A DNA stretch of 64,000 nucleotides from Candidatus Caldarchaeales archaeon (GCA_039630055.1 JBCNVN010000002.1:1-64000), one strand, 5' to 3'; counted from the first letter of the stretch, positions 10,852 to 21,187 are shown. The notes: generated from the sequence alone by a model not told the origin. Numbers and translations are program-made.

Positions 10852-11699
10852 GCGAAACCATCATCGAGTTTAAGAATGTTTGGTTTACATATGATAAAGA
10901 AGTAACTGCACTTAGAGGTATAAACTTAAAGATCCAAAGAGGTGAAAGGATAGCGCTCATAGGTCAAAATGGCAGTGGGAAGACAACACTTGCAAAACAT
11001 ATGAACGGGTTACTCAAACCATCTACTGGTGATGTTATTGTTAAGAGATTTAATACTAAGACTACACCAACACATATCATAACAAATATCGTTGGATACG
11101 TCTTCCAAAACCCCGTTCACCAAATATTTATGAAAAGTGTTTATGAAGAGGTTTCGTACGGTCCTAAAAACCAAGGATTACCAGAAGATGAAGTTAATAG
11201 AAGGGTTAAGAATGCTCTAGAGATGGTAGGATTATCCGGTTACGAAAATTATCACCCACATGATCTTAATTATGGTCAGATGAAGTTATTGACGATTGCT
11301 ACAATAATTGCTATGGATCCAGAAGTATATGTTCTAGATGAGCCTACTAGTGGGCAAGATCATAGAGGTAGAAGAAAGATTATGAAGCTCATCGATACCA
11401 TCAGTAGAGAAGGGAAAACTATCATTATTATAACTCATGACATGCGTTTTGTAGCTGAAACAGTCGAGAGAACAATTTTAATGAGTAGGGGTGAAATAGT
11501 TGCAGATGGACCAACCAAAGAAGTATTTTTAGAAACGGAATTGCTTCAAAAAACTGCTATAAAGCCTCCCCAGATAGTTCAACTATGCAGCGAATTAAAA
11601 AGAGGTGGCTTGAACTTTGACTGTATCACCCTTCATGAAGCCTTCGATGAATTCGCAAAATACTTTAAAGAGGTCAAGCTCAAAGAGAAAAACTATTAA
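10848..11699 (+). CDS. ecfA: ECF transporter ATPase A2
   Basis: GQNGSGKTT, VFQNP, VLDEPTSGQD, ITHDM; signature degenerate (LNYGQ). Confidence 0.9.
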   Translation: MSETIIEFKNVWFTYDKEVTALRGINLKIQRGERIALIGQNGSGKTTLAKHMNGLLKPSTGDVIVKRFNTKTTPTHIITNIVGYVFQNPVHQIFMKSVYEEVSYGPKNQGLPEDEVNRRVKNALEMVGLSGYENYHPHDLNYGQMKLLTIATIIAMDPEVYVLDEPTSGQDHRGRRKIMKLIDTISREGKTIIIITHDMRFVAETVERTILMSRGEIVADGPTKEVFLETELLQKTAIKPPQIVQLCSELKRGGLNFDCITLHEAFDEFAKYFKEVKLKEKNY

Positions 11700-12002
11700 A
11701 ATCTCGATATCGTAAGTCGTTTACTATAAAAGTAGCCTAGAGTATAATGCTATTGCCACATAGATAATTCGAGACATTATACCCACTCTTAGTAGCTCTA
11801 AACTCGATTAGCTGATTCGGAGATAGATCGACAGTAGCTTGCTCTTATTGGAATACAGCAGAAGCATCCACTGCATTCGATAAACATCAAAGAAAACTTG
11901 GGTTAAATCCGGAAGAGAGTCTAAGTATGATGCTTAAAGAGCAGGAGCTTAGCCAGAGCGTAAAGCGTCATCCATCATCACAATCTATTCTGAGAGAAGT
12001 AA

Positions 12003-12198
12003 TATGCTATTTTAAGAGAGCTGGAAATAATCGGTAGAACAACAAAGAATACTAGAAGAGAATTGAAGAGGGGGACTCGATATTCCTTGGAAGGAGATCA
12101 CTGGTATGGGAGACAACTTATCCATGAATATCCCTGGTGTAAATATAGAGCTAGTTTGGGAAACTATTAAAAAGGAGGCTCCAAGATTTAAAAATTAA
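12003..12198 (+). pseudogene. C-terminal fragment of DUF86 (COG2361-like) HEPN gene
   Basis: YAILRELEIIGRTTKN..ELKR / DIPWKEITGMGD / LIHEY / GVNIELVWETIKKEAPRFKN* across frameshifts; the Rx4H Arg is lost. Confidence 0.8.
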
Positions 12199-12391
12199 GT
12201 TTCTTAGATTAAGCACATCATAATGAATGCTGTAAATTATTCAGCATCTTACTGAGTTTAAATTAAACCTACTTGCTGAGGCCTGTAAATCTTCTCATCT
12301 AGATGCTACTGCACCAACTAAGAGAAAAATTGATTATTTGTTAACGCTTCCCGCAATTTATTTTGACAAATATTTTTTGGAGAGTTTTGAA

Positions 12392-13233
12392 TTAGTTTAA
12401 GTTTACATTTTCTCTCTTTAGATAGTCTCTTATCTCTTCTCGTAGCCTTGGTATTATTTCTACTATGGTGTTCGCGCTATTCCATAGTTTTTCATAGTTT
12501 AATTCTCTGTATCTATGTACTAGACTGTGTCTAAGTGGTATCAGCTCTAGTATTTTTTCTGCCATCTCGTGGCTGATTACTCTTTTATCTCTACATATCT
12601 CGACATAGTCTTTATAATATTCTGCTATCCCAAGGTTCAGTCCAGATATTATATGTCTGAGTAGGTCGATAACCCCTTTTATCGAGGTCTGCATAACTCT
12701 TTCAAATGCTTTCGTTAAGTATCTATCCTGTAGCATCTCATCTAGCCCCTTACTTAGTAGAGTTTCAAGATCTTCAACATCCTCATTGAGCTGTATTAGG
12801 ATTCTCCTGATGGTTGATTCATCTAGAGGACTGCCCTTGAGCCATGTATAGAAACTTGACCTTTCACATTCAGCTACTTCCACTATTTCAGATTCAAAAC
12901 CTTTCCTCAGCTCTTCTTCATAAGTACCTCTATCCAATAGCTTTATCCCGCGGCTTAAGATCCTTAACTTAATACTTGGAGCAGCTTCACCGCAGCTTCA
13001 TCGATGTCTATTATTGAGATCTTCTCTTCAGGGATCTTCAGAGTCTTCGAGATCTCCGCCGTTAAATATGAAATAACTTTTCTATCTCTTGTTAAGATAG
13101 CTATATCGAGATCGCTTATAGGCATCTCCCGACCCTCAGCATAACTACCAAATAGATATGCAAGCCTGACATCGTCAAATCTCGATAACACCTTCTTAAG
13201 ATCACTAACCACTTCATCATTAGATCTTCCCAA
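12392..13233 (-). pseudogene. Fused MNT-HEPN (MntA-HepT-like) gene split by an 11-bp insertion
   Basis: LFGSYAEGREMPISDLDIA plus LRHSLVHRY (Rx4HxY). Deleting 11 bp at 12981-13000 gives continuous ...DIDEAAPSIKLRILSRGIKLLDRGTYEEE... Confidence 0.85.
12981..13000. repeat. 9-bp direct repeat separated by CC
   Basis: GCAGCTTCA-CC-GCAGCTTCA. Confidence 0.9.
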
Positions 13234-13685
13234 CTTCTCTCCACCTCACTAACTAATCTTCGTTACTACATGCTTTTAAATTTAGAAGGAAGCGATAACA
13301 TCTTAAGAGTTCTTTTATCAAGAGATACGAAGTTGCACAGCCTTTTACATAAACCATGTTACAAACATTTTCTATAAGATATGTCAAGGTAAGCGTCCTT
13401 CTAGTTAGAGCGCTCTTCCTTCTTTCTAAAGTTTTCTAGATACCAAGCAACTTATGCCGTAATCTTTAATGCAACCTTAACACCTCTTCGCTAATACTAT
13501 GTGGTTATCCGATTAATAAAAGCTCAACCTAATTCAAATGTAAACCTAAGAAAGAGTTAAACATTTAAAATGTTTATTGTTGAGTGCCGCTTTACGTTAG
13601 AATTGTTCTCACGACCTATAATGAAGCATTCCAATTACAATTTTGTGAGCATATTTTTCTTGGGTTCCTGTGCCCTATCTTTCCT

Positions 13686-14042
13686 TTACAAAGCTAGTAG
13701 TCCAATGTATTCTAGCTCTCCTGTGACTGGGTTTACTCTGTATCCCATGCTCTCTAATGCTACTACTCCTAGTACTGGCGTATCTCCTTCTTCAGCAACT
13801 ACAACTTCAACTATTGCTTCAGACTCACCGTATCTTATCTTTACGAAAGACACTTGACGCTCAATGACCTTGCCGTTAATAGTCTTGAACTTCTTCCTCC
13901 CAGTAGGTTCTGCTCCAATCTTCTCCAGAATCTTTCTAGGTATCCAAGGTAGCGTAGACCCAGTATCTACTAAGAGCTCTACTTCTTCTCTTAACAACTT
14001 TATAGGATTCTCCAGAACAATCTTTACATAAGTTAACCCCAT
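13686..14042 (-). CDS. Clan AA (retropepsin-like) aspartic protease
   Basis: MGLTYVKI..., LLVDTGSTL catalytic motif, PVLGVVALESMGYRVNPVTGEL. Confidence 0.88.
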   Translation of the reverse strand: MGLTYVKIVLENPIKLLREEVELLVDTGSTLPWIPRKILEKIGAEPTGRKKFKTINGKVIERQVSFVKIRYGESEAIVEVVVAEEGDTPVLGVVALESMGYRVNPVTGELEYIGLLAL

Positions 14043-14509
14043 ATACTTCTGTTCTACATGGTGTCCCAGCTTAGTATTAAGAGTTACCATTGGTCAGAAG
14101 ATAACGTTTTAGAAACGTCTTAATAATACAAATGTACAGCTATTGTAATCTTCATATTGAGAGGTACGGTTAATGTGAGCTGCTGAGTAAGTTACTAAAG
14201 ATCTGCTGTTTTTGATAACTCTCTTCTGCTTTATACCGATAAGAGTATGCATGAAGCTGTGGGGAATAATACATCACTTCCCATATAGCTCATATTAAGA
14301 ATGGAAGAGCTAATAATATGTAAAGTTTTTAGCTGAACGTTTATAGAAACCTTCTTTAATGAATAAAGAGCCTAAGGTATATTCCTAAACTTCTTCACGC
14401 TATATTGTAATGCCTTAAGATTAGTAGATGGATAGTTATACTTATCATGTCGCTATCTTTCTGTGCAATAAAACATATATTCTTGTTGCCTTATTATCAA
14501 GATTGCAAT

Positions 14510-14857
14510 ATGGGCTTGCTGGATGTTATAGTTCAGATTATTGTTGGATTTATAGTGGTTGCTCCAATATTGTGGGTTTCTGGAAGAATGTTGGTTGGGA
14601 AAGAGAAAGCAAAATTTACAGATGCTCTCTGGATAGTCTTCCTCGGAGTAGTCATCGGAGCTATCATTAACTATTTCTTGAGCGGCTTGATCGCAACTAT
14701 AATCGTTATCATAGTCTGGTTAGCATTGATTAAACATTTCTTCGATTGCGGATGGTTGAAAGCGTTTGCTATAGCAATTATAGCAACCATAATCTTTGTT
14801 GTGATAGCTATAATACTTACATTCCTTGGAATAGGAATGCTAACAACATGGATCTAG
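14510..14857 (+). CDS. Small integral membrane protein, unknown function
   Basis: About four hydrophobic segments, IKHFFDCGWLKA; T-run follows the stop. Confidence 0.7.
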   Translation: MGLLDVIVQIIVGFIVVAPILWVSGRMLVGKEKAKFTDALWIVFLGVVIGAIINYFLSGLIATIIVIIVWLALIKHFFDCGWLKAFAIAIIATIIFVVIAIILTFLGIGMLTTWI

Positions 14858-15355
14858 AATAATTTCTAATTCCTTCTATTTTTTGTAAATCTTAAACCTT
14901 ATAGTTTTAATCGCATCGCTTTTGCTATTCTATAATAATGAAATTTGAAGAGTCTAAGTATCCTGTAAACAAGGTAGTTGAAGAAATACACTACCATATG
15001 GAAAGAAACAAGCTATAAGCTTATCATAAAAAGAATAATGTAAAAGTTGATGTCATATCATAAGATAAGATTAGAAGAATGATGAATTCAATACATATTA
15101 TGTAGCGGTATCTAAAGATTGGAAAGGCTCATGTTGCTATTCATGCATAAGCATTGTGTTAAGTGAGGCTACAGTATAAATAATCGCTATCATTTTTATT
15201 ATTCTCAAGATGTGGCATAGGCTTCAGCCTAATCTTTAGGTTGACAGCTTTATCAAGTATTTCAAAATCATGTTGCCTCCCACTTCAGTTACAATATACA
15301 TGTGTATCCCAACAATGCTAATAGTTATAAAAGCATATATTAATGTAGAACGCAG

Positions 15356-17227
15356 ATGTTTAAGGATAGAAATATGATGGACCAAGCCTCGTTATATATT
15401 AAGGGTAAAGGAGAAGTTGTAGGCAATCTTATAGCTGCTAAATTAGGTGGGAAGGGTATAGAATCTTTTTCATATGGTGAGTATTTCGAGGCAGAGCCTC
15501 TGCTCAGTATAGTAGATCCTATTTTTGAAGTGAAGCGGCAAGTATGGGTTGATGGAGTTACATACAGAGATATATTGTTGGGAGGAGTGAGTTTAGTCGA
15601 TAAACTAGTAGCACATAAGGATACTCTAATCTACGAAGTTCATAACCCTTCAGAATGTACCGTTAGAATGAAGTTCGATGGACAGATACGAGTTTTCAGC
15701 TGGTTCTTGCCAGAATTGAGAAGCAAGGTAGCAGCGTTAGCAGGTACTAAATTTGAATGTCGAGAAGGGTTTTTACTCTGTTCATATAGTGATCGAGGCC
15801 CATTCATCTCTATAAAATCGGATAGAGAAATAAGCATTAAGAAGATTCAAGATGATAGCTTAAACTTCGGAGTTAGCGTATCGTTGGACTCGGGAGACGA
15901 TTTCATATTCGTGGTTGCTGGACACCAGTTATCGATAGAGGAATGTAAAAGAGATGTAATCACAGTATTATCAGACCCAAAAAGTGTAGAAGAGAGAAAG
16001 AAAAGAGAAGTAAGGAGGATGCTTATCAAGACTCCGGAGATAGATCCTTCAAAGAAGGATTATGAGCTTTTATGGAGGTATTTGTGGTACGTGATACTTT
16101 CTAATAGAGTTCGAGTTCTTAATCATTCTGTTCTTACTCGACCTTTTAATGTTCCCAGCAAATTTGGATTAAGACATCAATGGTTATGGGACTCTTCATT
16201 CCATGCTATAGTTTTAACAAATTACGACGTAAAGATAGCGGAAGAAGAAGTCCTCAATCTACTCAATGTCCAGAAGCCTAGTGGCCGGATACCGATGGAG
16301 ACGTTTCTCTCTGAAGAATTCTGCGAACTCCATTGGAATACAGATGATTATTCTAATTGGATGACGCAACCTCCAGTTCTTGCTATTGCAGTTGAGAAGA
16401 TAATGGAGAGAATAGTAGATAGAGAATTCATAGAGAAAGCATATAACTCGCTGGATAAGTATGATAGATGGTTTAGAAGACAAAGAGATATGGATAGAGA
16501 CCAGCTTATGGCTTATGTAGACCCCCTAGAGTCTGGATGGGATGACTCGGTGAGATGGGATGAGCCGCTCGCTCGATTTAGCGAAAACCCTGAGAGATAT
16601 AGGACGACCTATAGCCAGATCAGGATGCGAATAAGAATGGCGCCGGTAGAAGCTGTAGACCTAAACTGTTTAATCTACCTTCAGAGAAAGATCCTGTCTA
16701 AGATAGCAGATTATCTAGGTCTTGATGATGAGGCAGAAGAGTATCGTAAACTTGCAGAGGTAACATCAAATAAGGTTAGGGAGCTGATGTGGGATAGCGA
16801 GACAGGTTTCTACTATGACATACATGAAACAGAACATAAGATTATTAAGGTAAAGAGTCCAGCGGCTTTCCTCACATTATACTCAGGAATAGCAACTCAG
16901 CAACAAGCTGAAGAACTCGTTAAACATCTTTTTAACCCAAATGAATTTTGGACAACCTTCCCCCTACCGACTGTTAGCGCTGATGACCCCAAGTATAATC
17001 CAAGAGGATACTGGAGAGGAAGGACATGGATAAATATGGTCTGGTTCACATATCATGGATTAAGAAGATATGGGTTTGAAAAAGAAGCTACATCATTAGC
17101 AAAGAAGGTGATCGACTTTATGGCTCAAGGACCTACTTGTAATGAAAACTATGACAGCCAGACTGGAGAACCTTTAGGGGTACCAGATTTCGGATGGTCA
17201 ACCCTTGCTCTAGACTTGTTAACATAG
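15356..17227 (+). CDS. GH63/MGH1-like (alpha/alpha)6 glycoside hydrolase (mannosyl/glucosylglycerate hydrolase- or trehalase-like)
   Basis: QWLWDSSFH, TQPPVL, ESGWDDSVRWD, YWRGRTWIN, ENYD, FGWS. Confidence 0.85.
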   Translation: MFKDRNMMDQASLYIKGKGEVVGNLIAAKLGGKGIESFSYGEYFEAEPLLSIVDPIFEVKRQVWVDGVTYRDILLGGVSLVDKLVAHKDTLIYEVHNPSECTVRMKFDGQIRVFSWFLPELRSKVAALAGTKFECREGFLLCSYSDRGPFISIKSDREISIKKIQDDSLNFGVSVSLDSGDDFIFVVAGHQLSIEECKRDVITVLSDPKSVEERKKREVRRMLIKTPEIDPSKKDYELLWRYLWYVILSNRVRVLNHSVLTRPFNVPSKFGLRHQWLWDSSFHAIVLTNYDVKIAEEEVLNLLNVQKPSGRIPMETFLSEEFCELHWNTDDYSNWMTQPPVLAIAVEKIMERIVDREFIEKAYNSLDKYDRWFRRQRDMDRDQLMAYVDPLESGWDDSVRWDEPLARFSENPERYRTTYSQIRMRIRMAPVEAVDLNCLIYLQRKILSKIADYLGLDDEAEEYRKLAEVTSNKVRELMWDSETGFYYDIHETEHKIIKVKSPAAFLTLYSGIATQQQAEELVKHLFNPNEFWTTFPLPTVSADDPKYNPRGYWRGRTWINMVWFTYHGLRRYGFEKEATSLAKKVIDFMAQGPTCNENYDSQTGEPLGVPDFGWSTLALDLLT

Positions 17228-17261
17228 AATACTAATAATCTATATCTCTTGTTAAATTGTT

Positions 17262-17399
17262 TATAGTAGTATAAGAAATCGGCAGTATCTGGATAAGAAG
17301 CATGGAGAACTTAAAAAGAAGTTTAGAATAGCTTTAACAGATTGTTATGTTATAGCTATGGCGATAAAGCTTCGAGTAAGAGCTCTCATGACCATTTAG
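17262..17399 (+). pseudogene. PIN/VapC C-terminal remnant
   Basis: GELKKKFRIALTDCYVIAMAIKLRVRAL* resembles a VapC C-terminal half; no start codon. Confidence 0.55.
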
Positions 17400-17544
17400 T
17401 TGGAAAATATTAGAACAACACCTAAGACTATTTGAGATCTTATTGGCTTGTGGATTTGTACTAAAAACCCTGCTCTTCTGGTGGCGTACTCATTTTAAAT
17501 TCTTGATAGACTATCGTATGCTGGTTCTCGGTCTATGTTTATGA

Positions 17545-18759
17545 CTATCGTCCTTCTCTGAATGTCGCTCTATTTTTAGGGTTGAGGGGGCAGAGTGGGT
17601 CGGGAGAGAAAAGATCTCCAGTGTATGCGTATGCTCTTGCTCTACACCCTCCGCAGACTTCTCTATAACTACATCTACCGCAGACTCCTTTAAGATTCTC
17701 TCTATCTCTGAGCATATTGAATATGGGGCCACTCCATATTTCCTCGGAGGTCTTCTCTAGCAAGTTTCCAGCATTTATCGGTATGAATGGGCATGGCCAT
17801 ACGTCTCCATTAGGTTTTATATAGAACATTCCACGTCCAGCTATACATCCCTTGAAGACTATCGAGGCTAGTTTAAGGTTAAGATTATTCTTATGGATTA
17901 AATATGCAAAGTATTCTGGTAACCCTACTGGGATCACCATAGGGTTAATAGTCTCTTGAGATTCTTTTAAGAGGTCCATTACTTGGAGGAAGCCATCTTG
18001 ATCTAATATTTCATCTATTAGTTCCTCTCCTCTCCCTGACGGCATGAGCTGATACAATAGCACCACATGAGCTCCCAGTCTATCTGTCAAATTTAATAAT
18101 TGTTTAAGCTGGTCCACGTTTCTTCTTGATAGAGTTATGTTGATCTGCACGTATAATCCTTCTCTACGTACATTATCCAATCCTCTTATAGCTTTTTCAA
18201 AAGCTCCCTTAACACCTCTATATGAATCATGTTTAGCCGGGTCTACGAAATCGATGCTGACCGCTACACCTTCAACACCGTTCTCTCTCATCTTCCTTGA
18301 CACCTCTCTATCGATTAGTGTCGCATTTGTAGCTATGACTGTTCTGAATCCAAGATTATATGCATGTCTAGTGAGTTTAAATAGATCTTTTCTTACGAGA
18401 GGCTCTCCACCGGTAAAGACAAGCATACGGAAATCTTTAACATTGGCCAAGTTCTCTATCACCTTCATTGCCTCATCTGTATCCAGTTCTCTATATAGTC
18501 TCTCACCGCCATTAGCATGACAGTGTATACATCTTAGATTACAGTTAGAGGTGATCTCGAAGACTGGATGTATGGGATATCCGAAACATCCGAGACCTAT
18601 CGCTCCTGCAGCAACATTAATCAGCCTGTTAGCAGATTTAAGCCAGTATCCTAACCCTCTCCATCCTGTAATGTTTTTAAAGGTCATTAGAGTGGAGACC
18701 TGTTTTATGAGGAGCGATGGCGGGATGTAAGGTGGTAGAACTATCCTACCCATGCTCAT
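17545..18759 (-). CDS. Radical SAM/SPASM protein (NirJ/Ahb-like superfamily)
   Basis: CNLRCIHC, FTGGEPL, SPASM CIAG..GDVWPC..CGRCSYREVCGGCRARAY..DPLC. Confidence 0.9.
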   Translation of the reverse strand: MSMGRIVLPPYIPPSLLIKQVSTLMTFKNITGWRGLGYWLKSANRLINVAAGAIGLGCFGYPIHPVFEITSNCNLRCIHCHANGGERLYRELDTDEAMKVIENLANVKDFRMLVFTGGEPLVRKDLFKLTRHAYNLGFRTVIATNATLIDREVSRKMRENGVEGVAVSIDFVDPAKHDSYRGVKGAFEKAIRGLDNVRREGLYVQINITLSRRNVDQLKQLLNLTDRLGAHVVLLYQLMPSGRGEELIDEILDQDGFLQVMDLLKESQETINPMVIPVGLPEYFAYLIHKNNLNLKLASIVFKGCIAGRGMFYIKPNGDVWPCPFIPINAGNLLEKTSEEIWSGPIFNMLRDRENLKGVCGRCSYREVCGGCRARAYAYTGDLFSPDPLCPLNPKNRATFREGR

Positions 18760-18763
18760 ACTC

Positions 18764-19687
18764 CTACAGGATCGATGCTAGCATGTATGATGCAGCTAGA
18801 AGGAGAGTGGTCAACGTGAATGCTAGTATTGTTCCAGCCATCGCTGGCTTAAGTTTCTGTGATTCTTCATAATGTTTAACACATATGATAATGTTTCTAA
18901 TAATTATCGGCGCCGTTATCAATGTGATCAGACCTATTAGGGGGATAATGTTCATCAAGATGCCGGCTGCCAGCACGATATAAACCGGTAAGGTTAAGAA
19001 CAAGTATACTATTCTTGCTCTCTTCCTACCGATCCTGGCCACTAGATTATTTTTACCTACGGTCTTATCTGCATGATAGTCTGGGAACTCATTGATCCAG
19101 ATGACAGCCGTTATGAGTATTCCAGGTATCAGCGATGGTATGAGAAGTTCGATTAACGGTAATCTTCCCGTTTGGATATAATAGCTACCAAAAGTTATAA
19201 GTGGGCCATAGTTCAATCCGATGAGGGTTTCTCCTAAACCTCTATAAGCCCATCTAGCTGGTGGAGCTGTGTAAAATGCTCCACTTACTAAACCGATCCC
19301 ATAGATTATTAGGATTAGCGGTCCTACGATGAGGGTGAAGTATATAGCTACGCCTGTCGATACTATCCAGGATATTATACCTACCTTGAAAACACTTATT
19401 GGTTCAAGTAGTCCACTTGGAAGAACGCGGCTTCCAGCATTAAATGGAGTAACATCCTCCTTCCTTATTATTACATCTACACCACTACGATAATCATAGT
19501 ATTCATTGAATGTGTAGGTTCCGATCATCACGAAGATTATGCCTATGAGAGCTAGGAGAAAGTGGGAAAGGTCGATCTTTCCAAGATCTTGTAAGGCTAT
19601 TGAGGTTCCAAGTACAACTGGAGGTATACCAGCTAAGAAGAACTTCGTTCTTATAACCTCCATCCAGATCTTCAACTTATAAAACAT
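18764..19687 (-). CDS. menA: UbiA-family prenyltransferase, MenA-like
   Basis: NEYYDYRSGVD, FYTAPP..AYRGLGE, INEFPDYHADKTVGK; multiple TM segments. Confidence 0.75.
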   Translation of the reverse strand: MFYKLKIWMEVIRTKFFLAGIPPVVLGTSIALQDLGKIDLSHFLLALIGIIFVMIGTYTFNEYYDYRSGVDVIIRKEDVTPFNAGSRVLPSGLLEPISVFKVGIISWIVSTGVAIYFTLIVGPLILIIYGIGLVSGAFYTAPPARWAYRGLGETLIGLNYGPLITFGSYYIQTGRLPLIELLIPSLIPGILITAVIWINEFPDYHADKTVGKNNLVARIGRKRARIVYLFLTLPVYIVLAAGILMNIIPLIGLITLITAPIIIRNIIICVKHYEESQKLKPAMAGTILAFTLTTLLLAASYMLASIL

Positions 19688-20257
19688 ATTCCACGTCTAT
19701 GGATATAATTATAAGGGCCAGATTTATATCTACTCCACTTACTAAAAAGACTATCAACGTTTACATGAATTTATCTATATTTTCCATTGTTTATCATAAC
19801 TTCAAAAAAGATAAGACTATTCATTCTCGGTTGAATTCTTGCACAGATCGATATTTACCTGTGATAGGATGTAGATGTGTATGTTGATAAAAGTACATGA
19901 GGGGCTTCGTGATGGTCGATTATGGGAGAGGTTTGATTCGAGAGCAATCTAAAAATCACCATATTCAGCAACTGCTACTCTATATATGTAAGGTTAAGGT
20001 TATGCAATTCATTAATCTCCAACATAGAAGAATAAGTGCTCATCGATGAAAGGTTAGGAGGGGGCTAGGAATAGTTGTAAAGAGAATGGGATGATGAAGC
20101 TCCCTTCAAAAACAAGATATAATCATCTTCAATACTCTGGTCTTTCACATTTTCTTCTCTTATTTGGAGATTTGAAGATTCTTCTTTAATGAACTCATTT
20201 AAAGTTATCGAGTCGTAAAAGAATACTTAAATCTTCAAGGTTGAAACGTAATGATTA

Positions 20258-20830
20258 ATGCATAATCTTCCACCAAATCAAGTTCCTGCAAGACGTTGGA
20301 ATATCTATGGAGCCCTCGGCATACCAAGAATAGATCTAGATAATTGGAGGCTCAGAGTATCAGGAGAGGTGGAGAACCCCCTCCAACTAACCTATAATGA
20401 AGTTTTATCCATGGACATGACTACTGTTAAGGGTGGCTTTCACTGTGTTGAGGGTTGGAGCATCTTAGACGTCATATGGGAGGGTGTGAAGATCAAGAAT
20501 TTAGCAGAGAAGGCTAGATATATCTCTGATAGTAAATGGGTCATTTTTAAGAGTGTCGAAGGGTACACAGCTCCCGTACCTATAGAGTATGCTCTAGATG
20601 ATGAATCGATTATCGCTGTAAAACTCAACGGTAAACCTCTCCCATTAGAACATGGTTTTCCAGCCCGACCCATAATTCCTAAAGTATATGCATGGAAGAG
20701 TGTTAAATGGTTAACAGAAATCTTTTTCAGTAAAGATTATGTCGAAGGCTTTTGGGAGGCCAGAGGATATCATCCAAGAGGAGATGTGTGGCTTGAAGAG
20801 AGAATGAAGACTTTTAGACGTATAAAATAG
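20258..20830 (+). CDS. Sulfite-oxidase-family molybdopterin oxidoreductase (YuiH/MsrP-like)
   Basis: LPPNQ, FHCVEGWS, LPLEHGFPAR, YAWKSVKW, GFWEARGYH. Confidence 0.9.
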   Translation: MHNLPPNQVPARRWNIYGALGIPRIDLDNWRLRVSGEVENPLQLTYNEVLSMDMTTVKGGFHCVEGWSILDVIWEGVKIKNLAEKARYISDSKWVIFKSVEGYTAPVPIEYALDDESIIAVKLNGKPLPLEHGFPARPIIPKVYAWKSVKWLTEIFFSKDYVEGFWEARGYHPRGDVWLEERMKTFRRIK

Positions 20831-21187
20831 TAGAGTTCCTGAACTTAACATGGTCTGTATAACCTATTAAAAGATTGACCCTCTTCTGTAAATAGAGCTT
20901 GCTGCTTTCACCTCTTCTTTATCTACATATTTTGCGACAGTATCGTTCACAGCACCCTATCGATTCTGACGATCCCACAACATGATTTACAATAACTTCA
21001 CAATGTATATGTTAAATGAATGCCTCCAGATTTTCCAAATACTTCAAATCTACTATATTTTCTCGTAGACATAGTGAGATCAATTACTATGAATTTAAGA
21101 TCTGACTATATATTTCGATCTCATGGATTCCTTGGATTCTATTTTTGTTGAGTGGAGATAATTTATGGAATTATGGATGATTAATGC

